A stretch of 64,000 bases of DNA, from positions 1 through 64,000 of the forward strand of contig JBBQXJ010000015.1 of assembly GCA_038209745.1 (NCBI GenBank), read 5' to 3'. Below are positions 10,874 through 20,668 of this stretch, piece after piece. The stretch's first letter is position 1. Every line of letters starts with the position of its first letter. A program made the translations under genes and the position numbers. This DNA is from Verrucomicrobiota bacterium (lineage in GTDB: Bacteria; Verrucomicrobiota; Verrucomicrobiia; Limisphaerales; CANJSG01). The notes beneath the pieces are model-generated. The model saw only the letters and a list, made by a program, of their open reading frames with translations. It made no database searches and was not told the origin of the DNA.

Positions 10874-11017
10874 AGCGCACCGCGGAAGCGAACGTCTAGA
10901 CTTCTTACTTTGCGTCGTGAAACTTGGCTATTAGGTCAAATCCGCCTTTAGGAAACAGTTTACTGAAAAGCGGGTGAAGACCGGTTCGGAACTCTCGCGG
11001 CAGCAGTGTTCGGAGCG

Positions 11018-11577
11018 ATGAAACAACCGTTTTCCAGAGCTGTCTAACCGACCAACAATTGGCCTGGATCGACCCCCGTTAGGTCAAGCTCTCGAAGAAT
11101 GGAAGCACCCGCACCAATGTCGAGAGATGCCGACGAACTTCCCGCTCTGGCAAACCGTCTATCATGTCTTTCTCCGCTGGCCTAGGACGGCACCTGAGCC
11201 TTCATCAAAGCCCGGTTCCGCGCGATGGTGAGCAACCCCGTCGAGAAGAACTGCCAACCCTAGGCCGGGCGTGCTCGACAGCCAGAGCCTGAAGATCGCC
11301 CCGCACGACGGCGCCGTCGGCTACACCGACGAGGACTTCGCCCAACAGGCCGCCAGCGCCGTCCCGCGCTAGAGGTCGAGGTCGCCGCCGGCTTCGTGGT
11401 GCAGCTCCAGCGCTGGCTCGCCGAACAAACCGTCGGGGGGCTCATGCAGAACAGACGCCTCGTCCGAGACCACTCAATCCAGCGCCGAAGCCTTCGTCTA
11501 CATCGCCATGCTCCGCCTCATGCTCAACCGACCCGCCTGATCGTCTCCATGTAATCCGTTTTTTTCAGACGGGCTCT
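11018..11577 (+). mobile_element. degenerate IS5-family (IS1031/IS427-like) insertion sequence remnant
   Basis: broken frames read (S)CLTDQQLAWIDP, MPTNFPLWQTVYHVFLRW, GVLDSQSLK, GFVVQLQRWLAEQTVGGLMQNRRLVRD, AFVYIAMLRLMLNRPA-stop(11540); right-end IR-like TTTTCAGACGGGCTC at 11562-11576. Confidence 0.8.
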
Positions 11578-11754
11578 AAAGAAAACCAAGCCAATCGCCT
11601 CGGCCTTGGTTCTCGATTTGGACAACGCCGCCAACACGCAGGCCTGCGAGAATGGCGATAGTCGCAATCACCAACGGAAGCCAATCCAAGTGAAACCTGA
11701 TCCGATTCAGAGATGCGCTGAGATTGGGATGATCCTGGTTCATCGAAAATCAAC

Positions 11755-14088
11755 TCACTTCACCAGCCGATAGTACCTCACGGCCTCATTGGCAGCCACC
11801 TCAACGATGAACTCAGTCCCCACTTGTTGAGGCACGCCTTGGATGTCGAGCCACTGGGTTGGAGAACCGAGCGTAGCGGTGCTCTGCAAGCGGTAGCCCG
11901 TCTGGACCGAGGACCAGGAGAGTTGCACCTTATTATCCGGAATCCACGCTACTTTGAGCAGGGCAGGCGTGACAGCCGAATTTAGAGTCGCCCCGAGGAG
12001 ATAAATCTCGTTGGCGCCTGACGCTGGATGGCGGCTCGGCAAGGCGATGGCCGAAAGAAGCTTGTTGCCGTTCAACGCATAGCGCCGATGGATGATTCCA
12101 GCCCCTAAACCGGTGACGGGCGGACCGCCATCTATTGTCGTTTTCAAATCGTTGAAAACCAGTCGGTCCCCCTGGATGTCGATTTCGCCGGAATAGACCG
12201 CCATCCAAAAGATGCCCGGCCCCGAGCCGTCGGTGGTGCTCCCATCGGTGAACTTGACGAGCACTTCCTTCGTGGGGTTGTTGCTCAGCGTCGAAGTAAG
12301 ATCGATGGTGTAATACTTTTTGCTTGGACCGCTTTTGACGTCTTGCCCATATATGTCCTGGGAACTCAACACGGGTTTAAATACAGGATCGCTTCCTGAT
12401 ACAATGGAGATGCGCTTTAAGAACGGGCCCCATCCGTCCGAAGGCACTCCATCCCTTAGACGCAGTTGCACGATCTTGGATGGGTTGTTGATCAGGTAAG
12501 GGGCCAGGTCAACATTGTAGTCGCCCAGATTGCTGTTGTCGGTCGTTGCCAAGCCGGTCTCGGCGAACCAGTCCTTTTCAACCCGGAACTCGCCGCTCGT
12601 GCCGGCGGCCGCCTCGATAACGAACTGATTGGCGACGAAAACCCGGGCAATGGCGTTCGTGACGTTGTCGGGAAGGTCGAACTGATAGACCATGTAGCCC
12701 GTGCCATCGGCGAAACGGAAACCATCCCCGAGATTGCTCCCCCCGGCATCGACCAAGTAGTCGCCTTCATTCGTCGTTCCCGGGGTGACGGTATGATAGC
12801 GGATGACATCACTTGGCCCGGACAACGACACTACAAAGTTATTGTTCATATCTAGCGTCATTTTGGCGGTCGTCACATCGTCTGGCAGGTCAATGCGGTA
12901 GGTGATCGACTGGGTGGCGTCCGCAAACCGGTGCCGTATATTGGAAGGGCCCGAGCCGCTGTTGTCGTAGAGGTGCGCGAGGTCATTGGTGGTGCCGTCG
13001 GTCCGGAACATGGTGTAAACCGTGGCCCTCGATGTGTCCACGGTGGGTTGCAGATCTGCTTCGAAGTTGGTTGGTGTTCCGGTGAACAGCCTGATGCGTT
13101 GCACGAACGGCCCCCAGCCGTCCGACGGGCTGGCGTCGGTCAAGAGGATGTACAATTCTCCAGATCCTTGGGCGAGGTAGGATGAAATATCGAAGTCGTA
13201 CTGCTTCAAGTTGACCAGGGCGTGATGATCAAGCCCGTTGTAAAGTTCCATCGAATTGGCGATGACCGTAAATCCATTGGTGATGGGGACAGAGGGGTCG
13301 TCCACGAAATGGGTCGCCAGCGAAATAACAAAATTATTGCCCACTGTAACGGCCAAAGTGGCTTGCGTGAGAGCCGCGAGATCGCCGATCCGATAGACGG
13401 CAAACCCGTTTCCGTCGATGAAACGGTTCCCGCCCGAGTTCCCGTTGCCACTTTGCGTAACCAGGTAATTCGCCTCCTCGGCTCCGAAGTCCGTGGGGAA
13501 GTTTTGCAACGTCTGAACCTGGCTGTTGTCCGTGAAACGAAAAAAGACGTTCTCAAAATCGGTTGGGCTGGTCAGCAGCCCGGCGAGCGGCCCAAGCCGC
13601 TTTGCCTCCTTCGATCCGTCGGCGTAGCGGAGTTCGATCTCCCTAAATGGGTTCGCGGACGATCCCGGTGCCGAAAGCATTGCCAGGTCGAGGGACTCAT
13701 ATTTGCCCTCGGGCACGACAATGACCTGTCCCGTGACCACCAGGGCGTCGAGGGAGGACTGCTTGAACGGGGCGAACTGGAACTTCGCCCGTCCATCCTG
13801 GGTGGTCATTGGCGAACCATCCACGTAATTGCCGGGCAGCGTACCAGCATCGATTCTCCGGCCTTCCCCATCCAGCCCGGTGCCGAGACCTGCGCCGCCA
13901 GTTTCGAGGAACGTGTCGGCGTCGAATTGGGGTTTCAGATCGATGTAAGTCTGAGCCGAAACCATCGACACGCTGGTGATCAGCAGGCACACAACGATAA
14001 TTATTATTCTGAATCTGGACATTTGTGCGGAGCAGTCTCCATGCGGAGAAGGCCTGCCGGAAGAATCTTGCAATAAGGTCGTGTTCAT
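11755..14088 (-). CDS. large secreted beta-rich repeat protein (putative carbohydrate-binding) with C-terminal YYRL tail
   Basis: signal peptide after MSRFRIIII (alternative start 14022); three RF(A/I)D..Y..N(N/Q)FV..DG(W/S)GP repeats; the provided 1061-aa ORF is over-extended into the AraC gene. Confidence 0.8.
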   Translation of the reverse strand: MNTTLLQDSSGRPSPHGDCSAQMSRFRIIIIVVCLLITSVSMVSAQTYIDLKPQFDADTFLETGGAGLGTGLDGEGRRIDAGTLPGNYVDGSPMTTQDGRAKFQFAPFKQSSLDALVVTGQVIVVPEGKYESLDLAMLSAPGSSANPFREIELRYADGSKEAKRLGPLAGLLTSPTDFENVFFRFTDNSQVQTLQNFPTDFGAEEANYLVTQSGNGNSGGNRFIDGNGFAVYRIGDLAALTQATLAVTVGNNFVISLATHFVDDPSVPITNGFTVIANSMELYNGLDHHALVNLKQYDFDISSYLAQGSGELYILLTDASPSDGWGPFVQRIRLFTGTPTNFEADLQPTVDTSRATVYTMFRTDGTTNDLAHLYDNSGSGPSNIRHRFADATQSITYRIDLPDDVTTAKMTLDMNNNFVVSLSGPSDVIRYHTVTPGTTNEGDYLVDAGGSNLGDGFRFADGTGYMVYQFDLPDNVTNAIARVFVANQFVIEAAAGTSGEFRVEKDWFAETGLATTDNSNLGDYNVDLAPYLINNPSKIVQLRLRDGVPSDGWGPFLKRISIVSGSDPVFKPVLSSQDIYGQDVKSGPSKKYYTIDLTSTLSNNPTKEVLVKFTDGSTTDGSGPGIFWMAVYSGEIDIQGDRLVFNDLKTTIDGGPPVTGLGAGIIHRRYALNGNKLLSAIALPSRHPASGANEIYLLGATLNSAVTPALLKVAWIPDNKVQLSWSSVQTGYRLQSTATLGSPTQWLDIQGVPQQVGTEFIVEVAANEAVRYYRLVK

Positions 14089-14269
14089 AACGTCGATGCT
14101 GTTTTGATTTTTTGGGTGTGGATCAATTTGACGGGAAGGAGTGCCGCAGGCTACGCCGTGCGTCTCAAATGCTGGCACTTCAGCCTCAAGCCGGTGTTCC
14201 CTCCTTTTGAAATTCCCCGCTTTTGAATGGGATTTGCTGGCGTCATTGTTCCGGCCCCAATGAAGAGCC

Positions 14270-15184
14270 ATGTCCGTCCACGTTGAGACCATCGAGTTGC
14301 CCGTGGGGCAGTCTTTCCGCCTGCTCCGCTGGCGGGACAATTTGCACGACGTCGAGCAGTTCGACGCCGTAGGCCGCGCCGTGCCCCTCGACGGCGCTGG
14401 CGAGCGTTGGCACTTGCACCGCGAAATGGAACTGACCCTGATCGAGTGCGGCAACGGACTGCGAATCGTGGGCGACCACGTCGCAGCCTTCGCCGGGCCG
14501 GAACTGGTGCTCTTGGGGCCGCACCTGCCGCACTGCTGGCACGGGTTGCACCATTCAACGGGTTTTTCCGTCCAATTCCAGTGGCCGCTCGAACACCCTC
14601 TACGCTTGCTGCCGGAGTTCGCGGAGTTGCGCCGGCTCTGGGACGACGCGAGGCGCGGGTTGCTGTTCGCGGGGCCTACCCGTGAGCGGGTCTCCCGCCG
14701 ACTCGCGGTCATGCCGGGACTGCCGGCTGCGGCACGACTTGGCCTGCTGGTGCAGGTTCTGGCCGAGTTGGCGGCGGCGCCCGGCCAGGTTACGGCCTTG
14801 TCGGGTTTGGATTTCAGCGTGCGGGAGGGCGCGCGGCACCAAGCGGGCATCGAGCGGGCCATTTGTTGCATTCTCGAGCGATTTTCCGAGCCGCTGACCG
14901 GGGGCGAAATTGTGCGGTTGGCCGGCATGAGCAAGGCCACCTTCGAGCGCGAGTTTTCCCGCTACACCGGGACGACGTTCACCGCGTTCCTCAATCGCGT
15001 GCGGCTCGGCAGCGCGCGGCAAAGGCTGATCGAGAGCGACGAATTCGTAAGCTCCATTGCCTTCGCCGTCGGCTTCAACAATCTCTCTCACTTCAATCGC
15101 CTCTACCGTCGCGCCTACGGCACGGCACCGAGCGCCGACCGCCCTCTCGTAAAGGAGTCTAATATTGTAAATCCGGCACAGTGA
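14270..15184 (+). CDS. AraC family transcriptional regulator
   Basis: N-terminal cupin WHLHREMEL..GDH..LPHCW; C-terminal HTH GMSKATFEREF..FLNRVRL..IAFAVGFNNLSHFNRLY. Confidence 0.92.
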   Translation: MSVHVETIELPVGQSFRLLRWRDNLHDVEQFDAVGRAVPLDGAGERWHLHREMELTLIECGNGLRIVGDHVAAFAGPELVLLGPHLPHCWHGLHHSTGFSVQFQWPLEHPLRLLPEFAELRRLWDDARRGLLFAGPTRERVSRRLAVMPGLPAAARLGLLVQVLAELAAAPGQVTALSGLDFSVREGARHQAGIERAICCILERFSEPLTGGEIVRLAGMSKATFEREFSRYTGTTFTAFLNRVRLGSARQRLIESDEFVSSIAFAVGFNNLSHFNRLYRRAYGTAPSADRPLVKESNIVNPAQ

Positions 15185-15895
15185 CAGGGCCGCCGTGCGG
15201 GTTTGTGCGGCGATGAAACGAGACGGACGGAACAGTAGGAAGGAGCAGCAAACCGAGGTGCGGCAGCAGGCCTTGATCCTGGTCGAGAAGAGGTGGCAGG
15301 ACCGGAACGGTGTCGTAGCCATTGAGGTCGAGAGACTCGGCGAACATCTTGAACGGCTTCGACCGATCGCTCCTCGGATGAAGGATGACCCCTGGCAGAG
15401 CCGTGGAGAATTCCCCGGGGCAGGTGTCCGCGGGGATCTACGCGCATCGAAAGTGGAATGGACAATGCAAATTGTTGCGAGGATCTGCTGGATCCGGAAT
15501 CGACCTCATGAATCCACTGGGAATTCTCCCGAAGCAAGAGTTCGGATCCCCCGTGAAGCCAACGAGACGGCAATCCCTGGAGCCCAACGGATTGGTTGGC
15601 AACCGAATCGCCACGTGGTTCTTCAAAGGGGTGATCGGTGGGCTGAGCGGTGTCCCTGGTTTGTTGCTCATGGCCCTGCTTGAGCGGGTCGATGTGGGTT
15701 CCCGCGATTGGAGGAGTGGTGGCTATCGTGAGCGCGTTTCCAACCGGTCGAGGAGGCGCTGGCACACGGGCCTCTTTTCTTGCGGGAGCCGGCATCACAA
15801 TGCTGATGGTCGGTGGGGCCCTCGCGCGGATCTCCTCTTCATTGCCCGGTTGCTGATCGTCGCTCGTCCGGCGACCAATCCGGCGGGTTGGAGTC

Positions 15896-16228
15896 TCAGT
15901 CCGCCAATTCTGCCAACGCCTGCTCCATCTCGGCCAACGGTCCTTCGTGGTTTTGCTCGATGGCCAATTGGCGGGCCCGCTCGAAGGCCGACTTGGCGGC
16001 CGACTTGTCCCCGAGCGACAGGTCGCACTTTCCGATGAGGATCTGCACCACCATCCAGTCCGGCTTCTTGGCCAAGGCAACGGCAAGCTGCTCCTTGGCT
16101 TTGGCGAAATCGCCAAGATTGAAGAGCGCCTTGCCAAGACTGAAACGGGCCAGTTCGTTCTCGGGACTCTGCTCGACCATTTTCAAGGGGCGTTCCAAGG
16201 ACGGATGGATGGACGGCGAGTCGCTCAT
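15896..16228 (-). CDS. small tetratricopeptide-repeat protein
   Basis: PENELARFSLGKAL, KPDWMV..LIGK, A.AAFERA..LA..QNH TPR pattern. Confidence 0.8.
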   Translation of the reverse strand: MSDSPSIHPSLERPLKMVEQSPENELARFSLGKALFNLGDFAKAKEQLAVALAKKPDWMVVQILIGKCDLSLGDKSAAKSAFERARQLAIEQNHEGPLAEMEQALAELAD

Positions 16229-16499
16229 GGCGGCTATCTATCGCAGGCGACTCCAGTCTCGTGAATTTGAATCTTCATGATGACCGGTCCCGCCGGCGCA
16301 GATGAATTTTTTCTGCCTGCAGTTGAAACGGCTTTCCACCCTTGGACAACTCCGCATGAAACCGGTCACGCTCGAGGCTTCAACCCCGAACGCCAAAGTT
16401 CAATCTGGGACCGCGTCAGGGAAGGGGGATGAGGCACGTAGGTTGGGAGGGGAACGAAGCCAAGAGAGTGCGCCCACAAACCCGCCGACGCGGCGTTCC

Positions 16500-16850
16500 C
16501 TCCGGGGTTCGGCGGGGCCAAGCTCGTGCTGGGCGAGACGGCGAAGGCGATGACGCCGTTCGGCGGCTTGAGCGGTTTCTTCGCGTTCCTCGCGCGGATC
16601 GGGTTCGGCGCCCGGATGATGCCGGCGATGCCCTTCCCGGCCCCGACGACGACTTCGCCCGACGGGATCCCGCTGGCGCCCACCTTCACCGCGTTTCTCT
16701 ATGCCGTGGCGACCGGGACCGGCCGCTTTGCGCACGCCGACCGGTTGCACGGCGACCTGGCCGTTGCCCGCGAACTAGGGGCTCAAGCGGTTTCCCGGGA
16801 GAATACCGTGTGGAAATTTTTCCGGCGCGTCACCCAGCGCCTGTTGCTTC
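16500..16850 (+). mobile_element. IS1380-family transposase N-terminal fragment (pseudogene)
   Basis: TAKAMTPFGGL..F..RIG..TSPDGI..TFTAFL.AVATGTGRFAHADRLHGD..ENTVWKFFRR resembles IS1380 transposase N-termini; truncated. Confidence 0.6.
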
Positions 16851-17207
16851 AAAAGTTATGACACCGGGACGGGTTGGCATGGGAGCGTTAGCAGGCGCCG
16901 TTGTCGGAGTAGACGCGCTTGTGGGTCCGGACGCCGTTCTTGTGGATGAACTCCAGAGAAACATGGAGGAAGGAGACGGCGCTCCGGGCGGTTTCGTCCG
17001 GGAGGAGCCGTTCTCAACGCCGGCGGCGGCCTCCGCGACCGGTTGTTGGAATTCATTGATGAGTCGGACCACTCCGGCTCGCCTCAAGGCCCTCAGCTTG
17101 GCTCTCCTGTGCGGGCTCATGCGGTGGAGATGGTTGGACCGGTGTTGACTTCACAAATCCATCGTTCCAGCTCCGCCCCGCAAGGAGAGCCTCGTGAGCC
17201 TCCAAAA

Positions 17208-18128
17208 CTAGTGGATCATTGTGAGGCCGGCGACTCCCGCCACGGCGATGACACCTCCCAAGACGGACCTCAGCGTGGGTCGGTCTCCATCGATCCACCA
17301 CGAGAACGGGATCACGACAATGGGCGCGGTGGCGACGATCGGGAGGACGAGTCCGGTGGGATGGTTCTTCAGGGCCCACTGGAAGCAGCTCACGCCCAAG
17401 GCAGGACCGGCCAACGCGTTGAGCACGACCCACGGTGCGATGGTGCGCAAAGGGGGGCGCTTGTTGAGCGACGGAGGAGGAGCCTCGCGGGCGATGCCGG
17501 CCGCGATGTGGTGGCGCTTGAACCACAGCAGCAGCAGACCGCTCAAAGCGACCCCGGCGACGATGCGTTGAAAGGCCGCGGTGACGCCGTCGAGCGGATC
17601 CCCGGCCGCCGCCGCCACGGCGAACGCCTTTCGGCTGACCACGGCGCCTGCGCCCTGGGCCACCGAGGCCACGAGCCCGAAGGCGAGACCTTTGGAGAAT
17701 TCAGGCCCGGGCGGTTGGGCGCCTTTCTTCGGTGCCACCGCGAGGGCGACCCCGCTGAGAATGACGGCGGAGCAGAGCATCTGCAGCGGCGTCAGGGTCG
17801 TGCCCAGCCAAGCCCAGTCGATGAACGAAGCGACCGGGGCGGCGATGCAGTTGACCAGCAGCAACCCGAGCCGGGATCCGATCCGGGGCAGCGCTTGGAA
17901 CCAGGCCAAGTCGCCGATACCGAAGCCGATGAAGCCTGAAAAAAGAAGCCAAGGGAACGCGGCGCCCTCAAGCCCGTTGCCTAACGAGAAGGCGAAGAGT
18001 CCGAGGAACAGCGTCCCGACACTCAGACGCCAGAAGTTGGCCTCCGTGCCGCCGATCATTCGGCTCACCCGTCCGCCAAAGATGGCGGAGAGCGAGAACA
18101 GGACGGTCGTCAGAAGGGCCGGCAGCAT
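17208..18128 (-). CDS. DMT/EamA family transporter
   Basis: about 10 TM segments in two EamA halves; FSGFIGFGIGD, GPALGV, ATAPIVVIPF. Confidence 0.88.
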   Translation of the reverse strand: MLPALLTTVLFSLSAIFGGRVSRMIGGTEANFWRLSVGTLFLGLFAFSLGNGLEGAAFPWLLFSGFIGFGIGDLAWFQALPRIGSRLGLLLVNCIAAPVASFIDWAWLGTTLTPLQMLCSAVILSGVALAVAPKKGAQPPGPEFSKGLAFGLVASVAQGAGAVVSRKAFAVAAAAGDPLDGVTAAFQRIVAGVALSGLLLLWFKRHHIAAGIAREAPPPSLNKRPPLRTIAPWVVLNALAGPALGVSCFQWALKNHPTGLVLPIVATAPIVVIPFSWWIDGDRPTLRSVLGGVIAVAGVAGLTMIH

Positions 18129-18282
18129 GAGCGGCCGACGGTGCCGCAACCGGCCGGGAAGTCACGCGGGGAGTGGGTGATGAGCGCGGAGCATCGCTCC
18201 GCAAGGCCGTGGTCACACGGCAGGCGTATCGAAAACAAGGTTGTTTCTGGTGGTGGAAGGGCTCGACCCAGGGAGCGCACCC

Positions 18283-18370
18283 TTGGAGTGCGCCGGCTCG
18301 GCGGCGCTTTGGAGCGGCCTGAACCGACGGGGTAACTGCTCCAAAGCGGTGTCCAGCCACCGCACTCCAA
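18283..18370. repeat. REP-like nested palindrome
   Basis: TTGGAGTGCG(18283)..CGCACTCCAA(18370) outer arms enclosing GCTTTGGAGC..GCTCCAAAGC inner arms. Confidence 0.75.
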
Positions 18371-18444
18371 AACCTGGCGGTTCGGAGGACGTCGCCCAAC
18401 CTTCTTCGACCCCGCAGTCGTCGGAGAGGCACCCCATCGACATG

Positions 18445-18477
18445 AAAAACCCCGTTCCGCCGAAGCGAAACGGGGTC
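18445..18477 (-). terminator. rho-independent terminator after the ThuA-like gene
   Basis: ACCCCGTT.CGC-CGAA-GCG.AACGGGGT stem followed by a U-tract on the minus strand. Confidence 0.65.
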
Positions 18478-18497
18478 GGAGTCCTGCGGAAAGGAAA

Positions 18498-19424
18498 CTA
18501 CTTCTTCGCCGGCAGCTCGAACTTGCCCTTCTTCGGGTCGAGGTTCAGCACGACTTCATCATCGGTCACCGGCGCGGAATCGATACCGCCTTTGGGCACG
18601 TCCATCTTGGCCAGCCAAACCAAGCCGTTGAGCACGACGCGCCGGAAGTTCTCGTTCTGCCAGTTGACATGGAAATGGCCCCCGGTGAATCCCATGCCGC
18701 GTCCGCCGTCGGGACGTTCCACGGCCCACATCATGGTTTCATCGCGGCCTTTGGCTGCCTGGATGTGCGGATAGGGTCCCGGCGGATAGACATAGGGTCC
18801 GTTGCGCACGGCGTCGGACGGTTTGGCCACGAGGATCGGAGTGACGGAGGACATGTCGTCCCGGAAGCGCAGGTTGAAATACCACTCGTCCTTGGCCTCG
18901 AACGGCTTCACGCCCCGAGTGATCGGGTGCGTGGGGAAGTGGGCGTAGGTCGGTTCCCAGATCGGATTGCAGGAGAACTGGTGTTCATAGTAGCCGCCGA
19001 TCCAGTTTTTGAATTCGGGGCCGCCCTTGCCCGCCTCCACTTCGACGCCGTAGTGGCCGCAGCCGAGGCTCACGCCCTTCTTCATCAGGGCACCTAGGAT
19101 CTCCAGATGGTTCCCCTGCACCGCTGGATGGCCGCCGCCACCGTCGGCATAGATGAAGACCGCATCGGCGCCTTCGAAGACGCTGTTGTCATCCACTGTC
19201 TTGCCGTCCACGACCTTGGTGGGCCAGCCGTTCGACGCGAGGACGACGGTCAGACCCGGCACCTCCTGAAGCCGCTTCTGGAGGAGGAGCGAGCCGGCCC
19301 GGAACTCATGCATTCCCGGCGGATGGCTGGGCCTTCCGGCGATCATGACCAGCTTGTGGTCGGCGGCTCCCGCTGTGGTCAGGCCCAGGGCCAACAATCC
19401 AAGAACAATGGAGAAGGTCTTCAT
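18498..19424 (-). CDS. ThuA-like (class I glutamine amidotransferase-like fold) secreted protein
   Basis: signal peptide; AGRPSHPPGMHEFRAG, YADGGGGHP, HPITRGV, DEWY, GFTGGHFHVNW. Confidence 0.82.
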   Translation of the reverse strand: MKTFSIVLGLLALGLTTAGAADHKLVMIAGRPSHPPGMHEFRAGSLLLQKRLQEVPGLTVVLASNGWPTKVVDGKTVDDNSVFEGADAVFIYADGGGGHPAVQGNHLEILGALMKKGVSLGCGHYGVEVEAGKGGPEFKNWIGGYYEHQFSCNPIWEPTYAHFPTHPITRGVKPFEAKDEWYFNLRFRDDMSSVTPILVAKPSDAVRNGPYVYPPGPYPHIQAAKGRDETMMWAVERPDGGRGMGFTGGHFHVNWQNENFRRVVLNGLVWLAKMDVPKGGIDSAPVTDDEVVLNLDPKKGKFELPAKK

Positions 19425-19432
19425 GGTGTCCG

Positions 19433-20530
19433 TTACTTGGTGACGCGTTTGTAGACCGCGAGGATGCGATTGGAATCGGCCTCGGAGGAATATTCCTTGG
19501 GCCTTGCATCGGCGCCGTAGCAGATACGGAGCGTGTCGCCTTTGAGCTCATAGATGGCGTAGAACTTCTTCACGTCTCCATCGTCCATCTCCACGTCCAT
19601 CGTGCCCGCCCCGGAGTCGATCTTGACCGACCCGCGCATGTCGCGTTCAGGGGTGGTGACCACGAACCGTTTGCCGGTGATGTTCATCTGCAGATCCTTC
19701 AGGAAATCCGCGTCGGCGGGATTGCCATTGAAAACCAACTGGGTGCCCTTCCAATCCCCGTCAAGATTGGCCGCGGCCATGGTGCCGCCGGTGAGCTGGC
19801 GAATGCGGAGGTCGCGGAACTCGACGGTCATGGGTCCGCCGGCATGGAGCTGGAGGGCGAGGATGCCGGTCTTGGGCGCGTTGGCGGCGTCTTCGTCCAG
19901 CACTTCGGAGGTCACGCGGCCGTTGATGATGTGGCGCGTCTGGTTGCCGTGGACGTAGACCACGTAGTCGTTCCAGTCCTCGGACTTGATGTTGGCCTGC
20001 AGTTCCTCCGTGGTGCCGACGCCTCCGACCACCTCGATCTTGGGGCTCGTCGGGTTCGCGGCATTGGGATGGAGGATCGTGACTTGGCCGCGCTGGGCGA
20101 GGATGCCGCGACCGCGTTCCTCATAGAGAATGCCGGAGTAGGTCTTGCCGGCCTCGAAGTCGGCCTGATACCCGCCGACGATCGGGCCGAAGGGCCCCTG
20201 CTCGACCACGCGGCTCCGATACTGGACGCCGGAATTGGCGAAGCCGTCGGGGTTGTTCGGGGTGATCTTGTAGGAGAAGCGCAGCTCGAAGTCGGAGAAC
20301 TCCTGGTTCGTGTAAACGAGGAAACTGTTGTGGGTGAGGATCGACTTCTTGGGGTCTCCTTTGCTGGGCGGGGTCTGTCCATGGATGACGCCGTCCTTGG
20401 CGGACCAGAGGACCGGGTTCCCGGTCCAACCGGAAAGGTCCTTGCCGTTGAAGAGCGGGGTGAAGCCGCCATCGGCGGCGAGGAGATTCAGACTGGAGAG
20501 GGCGATGACTAGGCCGGCGGCAGTTTTCAT
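19433..20530 (-). CDS. DUF1080 (3-keto-disaccharide hydrolase-like) protein with C-terminal TIGR03067 domain
   Basis: LFNGKDLSGW, NSGVQYRS, GYQAD, WNDY, GILALQLH, FRDLRI; C-terminal LDGDW..AIYELKGDTLRICY..RPKEY. Confidence 0.88.
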   Translation of the reverse strand: MKTAAGLVIALSSLNLLAADGGFTPLFNGKDLSGWTGNPVLWSAKDGVIHGQTPPSKGDPKKSILTHNSFLVYTNQEFSDFELRFSYKITPNNPDGFANSGVQYRSRVVEQGPFGPIVGGYQADFEAGKTYSGILYEERGRGILAQRGQVTILHPNAANPTSPKIEVVGGVGTTEELQANIKSEDWNDYVVYVHGNQTRHIINGRVTSEVLDEDAANAPKTGILALQLHAGGPMTVEFRDLRIRQLTGGTMAAANLDGDWKGTQLVFNGNPADADFLKDLQMNITGKRFVVTTPERDMRGSVKIDSGAGTMDVEMDDGDVKKFYAIYELKGDTLRICYGADARPKEYSSEADSNRILAVYKRVTK

Positions 20531-20668
20531 GGATAGATAAAGATAAGGTGGACGGTGCTGGAAGTCCGCAGATTCAGGCAGGCCGGAGGCGCGTTGTCAC
20601 GAACGGGCTTGGTCTGGAACACCCCCAAATGTTGGGTCCGGCCCGGTGAACTCAAACGATGGAGCCGC

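Noticed and set aside
14089..14940. N-terminal 284 aa of the 1061-aa ORF 11755..14940
   Set aside because: Antisense shadow of the AraC gene; the real signal peptide begins after 14088/14022.
16860..17200. short ORFs downstream of the IS1380 fragment
   Set aside because: No recognisable motif or coherent composition in any frame.
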